IMG/VR virus record: IMGVR_UViG_3300020472_003601
Reading direction: 5' to 3' (one strand)
From: an uncultured virus (IMG/VR IMGVR_UViG_3300020472_003601)
Lineage: Duplodnaviria > Heunggongvirae > Uroviricota > Caudoviricetes
DNA: 64,000 nucleotides
The stretch's first letter is position 1; each line of letters begins with the position of its first letter. The notes beneath the pieces were generated by a model, which saw only the letters and a list, made by a program, of their open reading frames with translations, searched no databases and was not told the origin of the DNA. Below, piece by piece: positions 31,001-39,395 of this stretch. A program made the position numbers and the translations under genes.

Positions 31001-34000
31001 TATGCGCCCACCGTACTTACAACTTCGTGATTGTAATTAAAGTTACCTAATTCGTGTGTACCTGCTATTACTTTAATATTTTTAATATTAACAGGACTCT
31101 GGGCTACAAAATCCCTGTAATATAGCGCTGGTTGTGACGCAGACAGCGGATATGCTGGTACTCCAATATCGTTTGCTTCAGGAAACGGATAAAAAGGATC
31201 GGTCAGACCGATGGCGCCATTTTCGGTACAATCAAGACAACCAAGGAGCAACTTGTCGCTCTCTGGGCGATTCATCCAGTTGTCAGTACCTCGGTTCACG
31301 GGAATATGCCGGACTTGTTTTCCTCCAACATTGTGATAAGTAAATGGACCCTGCATTCCGACGTTATTTTCTTCACCCCATCCCTCTGGGTGTCGGTTCG
31401 TTATCTCAACGCCGGGCATAAAGTCGCGTACAACGTTAATGTTATATCCCGTCTCGACAGTAGAACTCATAATATTGAACGGGAATGCGTGTCGAGTATT
31501 AGTATTAAGATATGTCAGACCAGATTGAAAATCTGGACCGTACATTACTTTGAATCTGCGGTGTTTCTTCTCTCTATAATCATTTGGTATGTTTTCTTCT
31601 TTAAAATCCCTTATGGGCACAATGTCTTCAGCTTTAGCCAACAAGACATTCAAAGGAATGAACGTATTATTTTCTTGACTGACGTGTCCCATACCCCTAA
31701 AGGTAGATGGTGCAAATTGAATATTTTTTGTTGGTGAATAATTGGTGCCGGCGTGGAATGAAGCTTTTAAAATTTCATTTCCAGTGCTAACTGTGAAATT
31801 ATAAGGCGTGCCAAATCTATTTCGATTTAGGGAGGGGTGCGGATATTTCGTACCATCAGCGAGAGAAACCAGCGGTGTTGATTTGCTCACATGTGGAGTA
31901 GAGTATATAACATCTTTGAATTTTAGACGCTGAGAGTTTACGTGCGTGGCTGCGGTACCGTCTGAAAATGACGCTGAGATTTCATCTGCGGACGGTAGGG
32001 CACGTTCCTGCCAGAATTTTTCCCTTACGGTTGTTGGTCGCGGGGATGACGGAGGAGGCGATGAGCCATAAAACCATGGGTACACCCTCTCGGAAACGCC
32101 GACCATTTCGGCATCCAAATCATCTATTACAAAATCTAGTGTGGGGAACTTGCTTCTATATTTGTTTCTCTCTAGAACATGGCTCTCAATAACATTCAAA
32201 ACTCCATCGTGGAATTCAGCAGATGCCGGTACAAGCTGAGAAACTATATCAGTCAGCGCATCATCAAACCATCTGTAGTATGAGATATACTTTTCAACTG
32301 TACTGAGAGATGTCACTCTTCTAAAGAACGATTCTCTCAACTTCTCCATGTCTTTATAGCGCCCACGATAGCGGTTTATAGGGGAACCAATGATATTATG
32401 GAAATCTATTGCTCCAGCAAAAAAGTCAAGCATTTCTTCCGAAACCGCATTATAGAGACTCTTTTCGATAGAGTAGACAAAGTTTGGAATTATTTCTTCT
32501 TTCTTTAGGTTGGGGAACAACTCATCAGTATCAGAAAAAACCTGTACCATGTCAGACGAAACTGCCTGTTCAGGATTTATGAATTTGTGTGCATTAAACT
32601 CTTTTTGATCTATGTTGGTCGAACCAAAGCCATAGCCTCGACCAGTATTTTGATATCCTATGATGTATCCTAACCAGCCTGTTTCTGTGCGGTTTGTGGT
32701 CGAACCAGAACTAAAGTCTTGAACGTTGAAAGTTCCGGGCGTCGTTGTCGACCCTGTGAGCGCTAGAAAATTCCAATTCAGCGCAAGAGTCTCATTTTTA
32801 GTCATTTCGGCATTCGTATCATACCAAGAAAGAGCAGACAGGTTTTGATAAGATCCGGAAATTCCGGCATTTTCTGGGTCGAGTGTGTGCTGCAGAAGGT
32901 CGTCGTCTTCAAGATATCGTAGCCAGCACTTTGTCGAAGAAATGAGCACGTCCGACTTGCTTTCGATTGCGCCCGTTACATTGGTCCTGCGGGCGCCGAC
33001 ATATAATCTTTTGGCGGCCCCCAAGAAATTTCTGGCTATCTGGCTATCTATGGAGGCTGTGACAGTAAAACTGTTGGCGATCGCTGTCGAAACAGTGTTT
33101 ATGCCGGAAAATACGAGATCATAATTATCATTTGTGGGGGCGGCGCCTGAGATGAATCCAGCAAATGGATAGCGCGCGGGCTTCAGTCTTACAGATAGAT
33201 TCCACAATTCGTTATTATATACGTTCAAAAATGTGCTACTTGTAAGCTCAACTCCGAAGCCCGGTCCAAGAGAAGATGTTAGTTTGAATGACACGTTTCT
33301 TGAGTTATGATCATCTCTTATTGCATATACTTGAAAATTGGCTTTATCGTAAGCGAGAGTGGTGGTATCTGTTCCGTGTTTCGAGCCAGTACTGCCGGTA
33401 TTCACCATGTTCATACCATATAAAGATACTTTCTTAAAAGATCTATCTAGCTTGTCGTAGCTTTTCATAAAATGCGGGAAGATTACATTCGTTTCAGCTG
33501 TGAACCCATACTTATCTTCGTTTTTATAGGTGTCTCCAACTTTCAGTGAAGACGAATGTAAGTATCCGGAGCCGGCGGGAGTCTCAGCGACTCGCTTAGA
33601 TGAATAGACAACACCCCCAACATTATCTTTGTGGTTGAGATTCAAGCAATTCTTGTTTGTAAGTGTTTGACGTAAATTGTTTCGAAGAACATATTCATTA
33701 TTATTTGATTCGATCGATACGCGCAATATTTTGTCATCAATATTAAAGCATCTAAAAACGTTTTTAATAGATTTTTCGGTACCTTTAGATTTAAAAATAT
33801 CAGCAAGATTATTGTATAAATTAATATAAATTAAATTCTTAACTTCATTTAAATTACCTTCGAACAGTTCGGTATCTGTTCGATTTGCAAATTGTTCTAG
33901 AACTTTGGAATCTATAAACAAATCTGGCGTATATAGACCTAATGATTGCGGAAGGTGTTTCGCATAGGTATACGGCTTATGTGATGCGCTTACATAATTT

Positions 34001-35607
34001 TGATGCCTTAAGGTCGGTAATTCCGACATTTGAAGATACAGTTTATCAAAATAGGCGCCTGCTATATGGGCTATATTACTTAAATCGCTCGTTTCGTTTG
34101 TGTCTTGTTCATCCAGTATCCAGCCCGGGACCAGACTTAAAAATGAGGCGTTGTTATTCGCATCATGATAAGAGCCACTCTCTAAAAGTCCCGTCTTAAG
34201 ATCAGAGACTGCAGGGTTGGCGGCGTATATAATAGGATCTTTGGTTTCGGTCGATGCGGCGCCGGCTTCCACTATCGCTGAATTGATGTTTCTTGAATCA
34301 CTGGTGTATCCGGTCCACGATCCATTGCAAATTCTCCCGCCATAGTCGAGCACAGTCGAATCAATGCTATGGTCGCCTGTTATGCCTTCGTTAAATTTGT
34401 AATACATTCCTAAAGTGGTATTTGCTATATCAGTATTGACACCACCATGAACCGGAGTAAACCAATAACGACCAATTTGTTGTCCGTTTCTCGCGACTTT
34501 CCAAAATCTGAACTCGTCCATAGACCCTGATAGTTTTCCAGAGCCGGCTTTACCGCCGGTGGTGGTTTCAGAAGCTAGGGCGCCTATGCGACCAAACATA
34601 TTCTTAGGATGAAGCTCACCAAGTGTTCCACCCCAAAGGCGCGTGTCGTTTAGTCCGCCGTTAATATACAACTTACTTACCAAGTAACTTCCTGACTGCT
34701 GGAAAGATATTGCGTAATGGTTCCATTCCTGTAATTGTCCGCTATCTAGATTTTGTCCTATGGCGCTGTCAATAAAGCCACTGGAGCCGGAACGAACAGT
34801 AATAAGAAAAGGGGTACCAGAGGCATCGGCCGCAGTAGAACTAGTGAGCGCAATTCTTAGTCTTCCGTAATCTGCTTCAGCAATCTCATTGGTGTTGTGC
34901 ATATCGAAAACAACCTGCTTGTCTGAAAGAATATCACCACCAAAGCCCAAAGACCCTGTCTTAAGCCAAAATTCAACCGTGACGCCATCATCAAAATTAG
35001 CTCTTAAGTTTGACGTCCGGGTACCAGAACCATAATCCGAAGGCAATCCTGCGTCTCTGTATATGTCCTCATCATAGATATTAGAAGACTGAATTTTGCT
35101 GCTCTTGGGATCGGGCATCAATTGTTGGACTGTTGTACCTCCGGATCCTGTATTCGGTCCTGCAAAAAAATCAATGTATTCACGATATGCTGTTTGTGGG
35201 GCGCCGTATCCGGAAGTTCCGTCTAAGTCTGGTGTGTCAGATCCATAGCCCGCTACGTTAATGTTTATGTATCCGTTTGTTTTTGGATAGAGGTTGTCTA
35301 AAATATACTTTTCTATATTAAGGCTTTGATTGTGAAATTTATTTATTTCAGCATCTGATCCGTCATAGGGATAGTAATCTATAATTCTATTCATCGCGGA
35401 TTCATAATAAAGATATGCAGAGCCAAATCTAGCAAAATTCTTAGGATCTCCATAATCTACATGGGGAATATTTTGCTCTTGCTTCCGCGTTATTTGTTGT
35501 AAATTTCTAGATGACTCGATGTCTTCATTGAAGGCTTCTTTTTCATCTTTATTTGACAGATAGTTTCTTTCACTGTCAGATACTCCGAAGAGTTTTTTAA
35601 TACTCAT
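25096..35607 (-). CDS. Giant baseplate/tail protein with LamG (concanavalin A-like) domains
   Basis: 3503 aa. LamG motifs: TVEFWLK..WNHYAISF..LYINGG..MDEFRFWK and WTVSTWL..TWYHVAVTYDG..FYINGV..DEMAIYDAVLTSEEI. IFKSKGTEKSI resembles the wedge motif of T4 gp7 / P2 gpI. Confidence 0.75.
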   Translation of the reverse strand: MSIKKLFGVSDSERNYLSNKDEKEAFNEDIESSRNLQQITRKQEQNIPHVDYGDPKNFARFGSAYLYYESAMNRIIDYYPYDGSDAEINKFHNQSLNIEKYILDNLYPKTNGYININVAGYGSDTPDLDGTSGYGAPQTAYREYIDFFAGPNTGSGGTTVQQLMPDPKSSKIQSSNIYDEDIYRDAGLPSDYGSGTRTSNLRANFDDGVTVEFWLKTGSLGFGGDILSDKQVVFDMHNTNEIAEADYGRLRIALTSSTAADASGTPFLITVRSGSSGFIDSAIGQNLDSGQLQEWNHYAISFQQSGSYLVSKLYINGGLNDTRLWGGTLGELHPKNMFGRIGALASETTTGGKAGSGKLSGSMDEFRFWKVARNGQQIGRYWFTPVHGGVNTDIANTTLGMYYKFNEGITGDHSIDSTVLDYGGRICNGSWTGYTSDSRNINSAIVEAGAASTETKDPIIYAANPAVSDLKTGLLESGSYHDANNNASFLSLVPGWILDEQDTNETSDLSNIAHIAGAYFDKLYLQMSELPTLRHQNYVSASHKPYTYAKHLPQSLGLYTPDLFIDSKVLEQFANRTDTELFEGNLNEVKNLIYINLYNNLADIFKSKGTEKSIKNVFRCFNIDDKILRVSIESNNNEYVLRNNLRQTLTNKNCLNLNHKDNVGGVVYSSKRVAETPAGSGYLHSSSLKVGDTYKNEDKYGFTAETNVIFPHFMKSYDKLDRSFKKVSLYGMNMVNTGSTGSKHGTDTTTLAYDKANFQVYAIRDDHNSRNVSFKLTSSLGPGFGVELTSSTFLNVYNNELWNLSVRLKPARYPFAGFISGAAPTNDNYDLVFSGINTVSTAIANSFTVTASIDSQIARNFLGAAKRLYVGARRTNVTGAIESKSDVLISSTKCWLRYLEDDDLLQHTLDPENAGISGSYQNLSALSWYDTNAEMTKNETLALNWNFLALTGSTTTPGTFNVQDFSSGSTTNRTETGWLGYIIGYQNTGRGYGFGSTNIDQKEFNAHKFINPEQAVSSDMVQVFSDTDELFPNLKKEEIIPNFVYSIEKSLYNAVSEEMLDFFAGAIDFHNIIGSPINRYRGRYKDMEKLRESFFRRVTSLSTVEKYISYYRWFDDALTDIVSQLVPASAEFHDGVLNVIESHVLERNKYRSKFPTLDFVIDDLDAEMVGVSERVYPWFYGSSPPPSSPRPTTVREKFWQERALPSADEISASFSDGTAATHVNSQRLKFKDVIYSTPHVSKSTPLVSLADGTKYPHPSLNRNRFGTPYNFTVSTGNEILKASFHAGTNYSPTKNIQFAPSTFRGMGHVSQENNTFIPLNVLLAKAEDIVPIRDFKEENIPNDYREKKHRRFKVMYGPDFQSGLTYLNTNTRHAFPFNIMSSTVETGYNINVVRDFMPGVEITNRHPEGWGEENNVGMQGPFTYHNVGGKQVRHIPVNRGTDNWMNRPESDKLLLGCLDCTENGAIGLTDPFYPFPEANDIGVPAYPLSASQPALYYRDFVAQSPVNIKNIKVIAGTHELGNFNYNHEVVSTVGAYANPRQFIENQPELPAQSFQQNAMSATNIRGFWDIHRGTEGHFTWVSDYSTDYLNKTANQTVFSNRYSMPGGIDQQTLGYNDFRSAEYSVYNAVPYRNWSVLKPSQGPSGTLSQPVGSSPSEMRVYDIHGLDYGLWSHEARHTARFGRDSLQVTGTSAATNGPGASYDQPPGWHKINRNNKQRMIGCGEETTSYNLNTGIENARGLQFGSGSYVVAEKNGKLYHSGSFTKNGSAITTTTWTVSTWLRLRTPLGTGNSLALVTLGDNGANTNQDQALAVYVESDERVSLWITDTGNNKGKWKSSTILATDTWYHVAVTYDGAAASNEPSFYINGVLEATSSGGAYPTTPQAAMASVNSMGGGKSYIGGTNRGNTTKFKQSKNIDLDEMAIYDAVLTSEEINTVYSNAGILNLTGTIAPKTDNLVTWMRFGDSLSPSDPTLLSEISSITAGWGAKFYDQMGNNDYEIRGDATTNANSLLYFISASSPGGNPVEIAYVSASRTTELVCANQLYDNFFLTHQIPRADRQYSWIGDSVPNSHLIRYNGFQRTDLNRLSPYLSASDGLSYFYNFLNQSDVVVGADDIAFSGGTQPLNVLNTLTLDSVTGAVSDAATNTLGYPLSSNTTNYLNTALNPNIRSADYLNLLLTKRGNKFWTWKQSRIESHPVLRNEREFNTITALSRSGQALLEGYRLPPVSLKGRPQYINFNSPGLSIKKPHNNATLKVTHQNDNIFFNENTLNNITKMKTCVTPFDQILAVNRGAFWDTRFVIYNQNVFPSMKNEFAAWSTGNDRTATYKNNVWNSDPDRRITLGEEYSAISVGGVTVSQSSWCLDPPGGTSPFDQNYSGRINFLNRGSPMEINSNNETTLKYGGYGGSLQNAKFSYMVGTAVDGMAVSEKFRRMRSLTPGPLGWAKHMISSPTSVVKMGCQDIPATGSRSGTFDPAEQIEIYGGEASWQSDTPNNAGIVVYNSTTQQAEFQLSASAPWFNTYEEYWQDLKLMAKGYSVLPEFRISDHVEDYLSFGVNNKGLTNWLGFPGVDPLKDPKGAASIDSSKSNFYQTYTNSDFLKGFLEISQKQLLDAKEIRLTCDAAIRYRPDPSFYPAQRATDLVAQFSKSYGDKITGYFRGEKMSGTALFEENGGCLRPLYEALYSPGILFNSLKAGVACNYPIITDNTQISGTWFGPDLSNAPTPQTNNWALTPSNILDRSDYANTPAGRAKYPQQGFLGNSPFLKLPFETILEPAKYLDGISFYDMQPHPSGTLINQYYSNAANPYEGAQTIFGASADEESYTLFARNFLGEIPNIFLKDGTFSSLKSNVVPKDLTFSSTTEGQAGGGYFMRIKIVPPSNGKLGRENEVGSDGTNDAWGRFGAKYWDNAGVEGNTTTYGFGSGEFNVPQWPMYNPDFKRTQTMCTRPTAYSSIAVAGRASGIWATGDKIGGNKSVPDSFVGCNPLYTPPHADGEAWIDCWFYPSASDGKITEKYDLERILAETKIRTWRFDAGAVTGSGAGPCLITASTAAPKYYDGNMINQVSMQLSATLNYFGVERVYKEERDQNNLVKSKTNETVGSRMVISPKFETPTFNFSDQGIRPISVTAGTLTLPHYASATVNRGIWQQFGAYPTSQQEYPKISIDAPGDSAGGVTQWLKYHYKVVNESSIYNNYDPENANKVATSTKSLAKLLGFDRNNRQMNLGELAENFTLKEAVVAVPYVVRGAASGSTLDNCAPERRASKKFINIPKTRVQAALKENVGTKAGNSLKEAGMSIRTLADRMEEFVLPPQLDWVHNPNIEPLVMYIFPFEYELDKDDLSYIYQNLAPRDSRKVRMKKTAVAHNLLNQELLSSQNILTTEQLRWMVFKVKQRAKSDYYDHIPDQANVAPSERRDIGAPNLDSGPFKPHIREYPIQYNWPYDYISLVEMARLDVEVLFRPGTQAQQENKRKIENKEQQKANRDKKRTRKMSSRIGARKKGKGGKY

Positions 35608-37174
35608 AACTCTCTACTCTAAATTTAAATGTTTCTCTTTGTTCAGTCCAGCTTTTCAATTCCGGATCATAAAACGCAAACTTAAAAGCATATGCGTATC
35701 CCGCTTCCAAGAGGCTCATGTCGAAGTCAAAATAATTACCAGACACATCATAAGACAGACCGGTAGCATAAGTACTACCTGTCGCATATGGTACTGCGTC
35801 TAATCCGTCGACAAGTCTATAAACCCTGTATGATGCACTGGGTATCGACAACGTTTGAATAGTGTTGGACGCTACCGTGTATATTGTGGGTTGCCAATTC
35901 TTTTCTCTCACATACAGATTGAATCTAGCAGTTTCATCTGACCGATATCGATCTCTAAGGTTTGTGACACTTAAATAGTGGACAGGTTCACGCGTATTAA
36001 TTGAACCAAGGAGAGTTTTCGGCTTAATGGAGCTAGTGAAATATTCAGTTCGGGTACCGCTGGAAGAGCTGGACCACACATCAAATAGAGTTGTAAGAGG
36101 AGTAGAAGCCGCCGTTATTGATAGCGAGGCTGAATATATGCCAGTAGATACATGACCGCCTGTGATGCTTGTATTGCCGTCGTAAAGTACCAATTTTGAA
36201 CCCGTGGGGGATGTTGAGCCGGAATACAAGCTAATGTCAATGTTGCCGGTACCAACCGCAGGAACATTAACCAGACGTCCGCGGACATAGTTGTATAGGT
36301 AAATAGTATTCATGTTGTCGGCGGAGGGTGCTAGGGAGCTGCTATAATAGAAATCACCGCGGTCGTCCCTTTTGATGGAGTTCCAATGTGCTTCAATTAC
36401 CGGCTTCTTAAAGAAGTATTCTGTGCCCCGGGCGAACAATCTTTTCGTATAGTAAGATTTTTTTGCACCATCGCGATTATCTAAGATACTGCCAGTTGTT
36501 ACACCAACACCAAGCGAGCTTGAATAGTAAGCTTCATAAGCTGCTGAAAGATGAATTCCGACACCATAACGATCGAGATCCCCTGATATCCACAACTCTA
36601 CCAAATCAGATATATCAATTTTAATATCTTCTAAGCCGGTTGAAAATGTTTGTTCATACGTCGGAACACCAGAGCCAGTGTTATATGAGCCTCCAACGAT
36701 GCTATCTCCATTCAGTGATTTCCACGTTGTGCCCTTGCTGGCATTGATCCAGTTCGAACCGATTCCCTGTTTGGTTTGATCTTTGTAGCCTTCCAGATCC
36801 AAACCGGTGCCTTCTTGCCAAGATTGCGAAACCGGGTACACTACTAATTTATAATCTCGTGGTACCGTCTTTGACGTTTCAGCATTGTGAATCTTCAACC
36901 ACCAACTTACACTGCCTGATGCGGCGATCTTGCCGTTTGAGCGATCTGTCACCATGTCTGCAATTGGGAAGTTTATTATAATTCTAGATAACTCTGAAGA
37001 GCGTACTGAGGCTTCGCCCTTGGATCCGCTGCCGAATTGTCTTCCGTAAATTGAAAAAATCTCCATAACATCTGCGGCGCCGCAGTTGGCGCCAGTACCA
37101 CGTGTTCGAAGGTTTGGCTGGAACGCATCAACAATAGTATTGTTGGCGTTGGCTGTATACTTCTTGATTCCCAT
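35597..37174 (-). CDS. Baseplate-associated structural protein (beta-rich, possibly DNRLRE-like N-terminal domain)
   Basis: 525 aa directly after the gp6-like gene. SRIIINF, YPVSQSWQEGTG, IDISDLVELW and KPVIEAHW resemble DNRLRE-type domains. Confidence 0.55.
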   Translation of the reverse strand: MGIKKYTANANNTIVDAFQPNLRTRGTGANCGAADVMEIFSIYGRQFGSGSKGEASVRSSELSRIIINFPIADMVTDRSNGKIAASGSVSWWLKIHNAETSKTVPRDYKLVVYPVSQSWQEGTGLDLEGYKDQTKQGIGSNWINASKGTTWKSLNGDSIVGGSYNTGSGVPTYEQTFSTGLEDIKIDISDLVELWISGDLDRYGVGIHLSAAYEAYYSSSLGVGVTTGSILDNRDGAKKSYYTKRLFARGTEYFFKKPVIEAHWNSIKRDDRGDFYYSSSLAPSADNMNTIYLYNYVRGRLVNVPAVGTGNIDISLYSGSTSPTGSKLVLYDGNTSITGGHVSTGIYSASLSITAASTPLTTLFDVWSSSSSGTRTEYFTSSIKPKTLLGSINTREPVHYLSVTNLRDRYRSDETARFNLYVREKNWQPTIYTVASNTIQTLSIPSASYRVYRLVDGLDAVPYATGSTYATGLSYDVSGNYFDFDMSLLEAGYAYAFKFAFYDPELKSWTEQRETFKFRVESYEY

Positions 37175-38970
37175 TATCTAATTCTTCCCTTGATGTCGGT
37201 TTCTGGATATTTAACTTCTATGATCGCATTTTTTGGCGTAACTAATCGAGTACCATCGGGAGATAAATTTCTGTTTATATTGATCGTGGAGCCTGAATAA
37301 TTAACACCTGTTTTGTTGGATAATTTCACTCTCACTACATCCAAAACACCATTTACGTCTTTTAATTTGCTGTATACGTCAGTGATATTGAGGGCTTCTC
37401 CGATGAAAAATGGTGTCTTATACATCTTTTTGAGAGCCTGCACGCAAGCATCCAGCACTGCATACTTATTGGCGCCATCGACAGTTTTAACCATAAAATC
37501 GACTCCTATATTGATAATATAGGGATCTATAATGTCTATAGTATCATTAACCATCCTATACTGATTTAACCAAATTTTTAAATTATTTTTAATAGTTGAA
37601 TTAGTGGCAATTAGTTTGCCAAAAGAATCTTCAGATAATACGTACAAGTTGAGATTTCTTTTTTGAGAATCTGGATCTCGTTGCGCAGACACTCTTTTTA
37701 TTGAACCAAATTTTGGTGGCATTCTATAGGCGATATTTTCATAGTCAGCCTGAGTCACCGCTCTATTTTGAGTAGGAAATGTATCGAATATTCGACGTTT
37801 TACTTCGTCTGAATTGGCGTTGGTCACATTTCCCACAACCGGTTCTTCATTATAAACTTCTACTGAATTTATTACGTCTTGAACCTTAGTTGTCGTTAAG
37901 ATATTTCTGTCCGCGAATTCTATTAAAGGATTAGCCACTGTGTTCAGTGCGCCGGCTGCGATGTTAGAATTTGTAGGATTGGTAAGCCTATAAGTAACAA
38001 TCAGTGTTGTGTTCGAGGGCACAATACCGAAGCTCTTACTTTTCGTTAGGCGCGTAGGATCAAAAGTGGTATCCGAAATATAAGTCTTTCCGAAGACGTC
38101 CATCGCAACATTTTGAGGATTCGCTACTATATCTGAGGTGCTAGCTTCTCCGCTTCCAAATTGGATGTACGCTGCTCTTCTTTCTCTTTCTACTGTAAAT
38201 TTTCTTGAGACTAAATACGGCTTCAAAATGGACGGGACATTATCATTTTTGAAATTACTATTAGATATTTCTTTAAATACCATGTCTTGTGCTAAATAAT
38301 CTACTTCGAAGTATTCATTACCGTCGAGATCGAAAACTGCGATAATTTCAGATATGTTGGGCGCCGCTAGCTTTACTCTCTTAAATCTCTCATATGGTCC
38401 CACTGCGACTCGCTCTTGATTGAAGTATCCCGACACAACCGTTCCATAAGTCTTGACGGCATAATGAGTGGGGGCGCCAGTTGAGGAATCCATACGTGCT
38501 ACAACAACCGGATTTTTTTGATCAGCGAAATCTATATTTTCCGTCAGCACATAATTTAAACCACCTTCTGACGAAAATCTACTTCCTCTTTTTAAAATTG
38601 GTAAATATGCCGAGTCTGGGCCGAGTCCGGTTTGGCTTGCTGGAACAACAACATAGAGGGCAACTTGCCCATACGTAGATGGTCTTCCTTCATATTTGTA
38701 ACCCAAAACTCTTCCGTGGCGTAGGACATTATCAAATTGGTATGCTGTATCCAAAAAAGATTCGTTGACATTGTAATCCAAATAAAATGACAACTGATCG
38801 GCAACATATGCAACAGAATCTACCATAATGGAGCCGAATGAAGCTTCGCTAAAATCTTGGAAGGAGTCCGGGTAAAATCTTTCCGCAATCTGGAGCAGAT
38901 CTTCTCGGATACTCTCGAATTCCCTATTGGTGTAATTTATAGGAAGTATCTTTTTTTGCTGTTCTGACAT
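37174..38970 (-). CDS. Baseplate wedge subunit (T4 gp6 / baseplate J-like)
   Basis: YTNREFESIREDL, DFSEASFG, LSFYLD..VNESFLDTA, LGYK, IQFGSG and QNRAVTQADYE. Confidence 0.9.
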   Translation of the reverse strand: MSEQQKKILPINYTNREFESIREDLLQIAERFYPDSFQDFSEASFGSIMVDSVAYVADQLSFYLDYNVNESFLDTAYQFDNVLRHGRVLGYKYEGRPSTYGQVALYVVVPASQTGLGPDSAYLPILKRGSRFSSEGGLNYVLTENIDFADQKNPVVVARMDSSTGAPTHYAVKTYGTVVSGYFNQERVAVGPYERFKRVKLAAPNISEIIAVFDLDGNEYFEVDYLAQDMVFKEISNSNFKNDNVPSILKPYLVSRKFTVERERRAAYIQFGSGEASTSDIVANPQNVAMDVFGKTYISDTTFDPTRLTKSKSFGIVPSNTTLIVTYRLTNPTNSNIAAGALNTVANPLIEFADRNILTTTKVQDVINSVEVYNEEPVVGNVTNANSDEVKRRIFDTFPTQNRAVTQADYENIAYRMPPKFGSIKRVSAQRDPDSQKRNLNLYVLSEDSFGKLIATNSTIKNNLKIWLNQYRMVNDTIDIIDPYIINIGVDFMVKTVDGANKYAVLDACVQALKKMYKTPFFIGEALNITDVYSKLKDVNGVLDVVRVKLSNKTGVNYSGSTININRNLSPDGTRLVTPKNAIIEVKYPETDIKGRIR

Positions 38971-38985
38971 TAAAAATCCTCTTTT

Positions 38986-39354
38986 TTAAATAGTAAACTC
39001 TAACATTTCGGTTATCCCAATATCCGGTATAGAAAAGCGGATCCGCATCAAAAGCCTGTTGAGGTCTTGGGACTCCCCAGAAAAGCTAATCTCCTCGATT
39101 CGAATCGAAGGTATGTATATGCTTGCCTGATCATTTATTTTCCTTCGTATCTTTTCGTATGTGGATGAAGTAAAATTTTCAAATAGGAAATTCCTTACGC
39201 CGACGCCGAATTCCGGCTCCATCACTCGTTCGCCCGGGGCGGTTAAAATTAACATTTTTAAATTTTGTTTAGCTACCTTTTTGAAGCTTTTTAACATCGC
39301 AAAGCCATCAGAAGTATCTCTAGAGATCGGTAACGCTACGCCAAATGATGCCAT
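38986..39354 (-). CDS. Baseplate wedge gp25/GPW-like protein
   Basis: KQNLKMLILTAPGERVMEPEFGVGVRNFLFE. Confidence 0.92.
   Translation of the reverse strand: MASFGVALPISRDTSDGFAMLKSFKKVAKQNLKMLILTAPGERVMEPEFGVGVRNFLFENFTSSTYEKIRRKINDQASIYIPSIRIEEISFSGESQDLNRLLMRIRFSIPDIGITEMLEFTI
38987..38994 (-). promoter_or_regulatory. Candidate late-promoter motif ACTATTTA overlapping the gp25 stop
   Basis: 17 nt upstream of the 38970 start. Confidence 0.45.
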
Positions 39355-39370
39355 GGTATTCTCCTTCTAT

Positions 39371-39377
39371 TAAATAT
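39371..39377 (-). promoter_or_regulatory. Candidate late-promoter motif ATATTTA
   Basis: Intergenic, upstream of the AAGGAG RBS and the 39354 start. Confidence 0.45.
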
Positions 39378-39395
39378 GCCTTAAATGTGTTTTTA

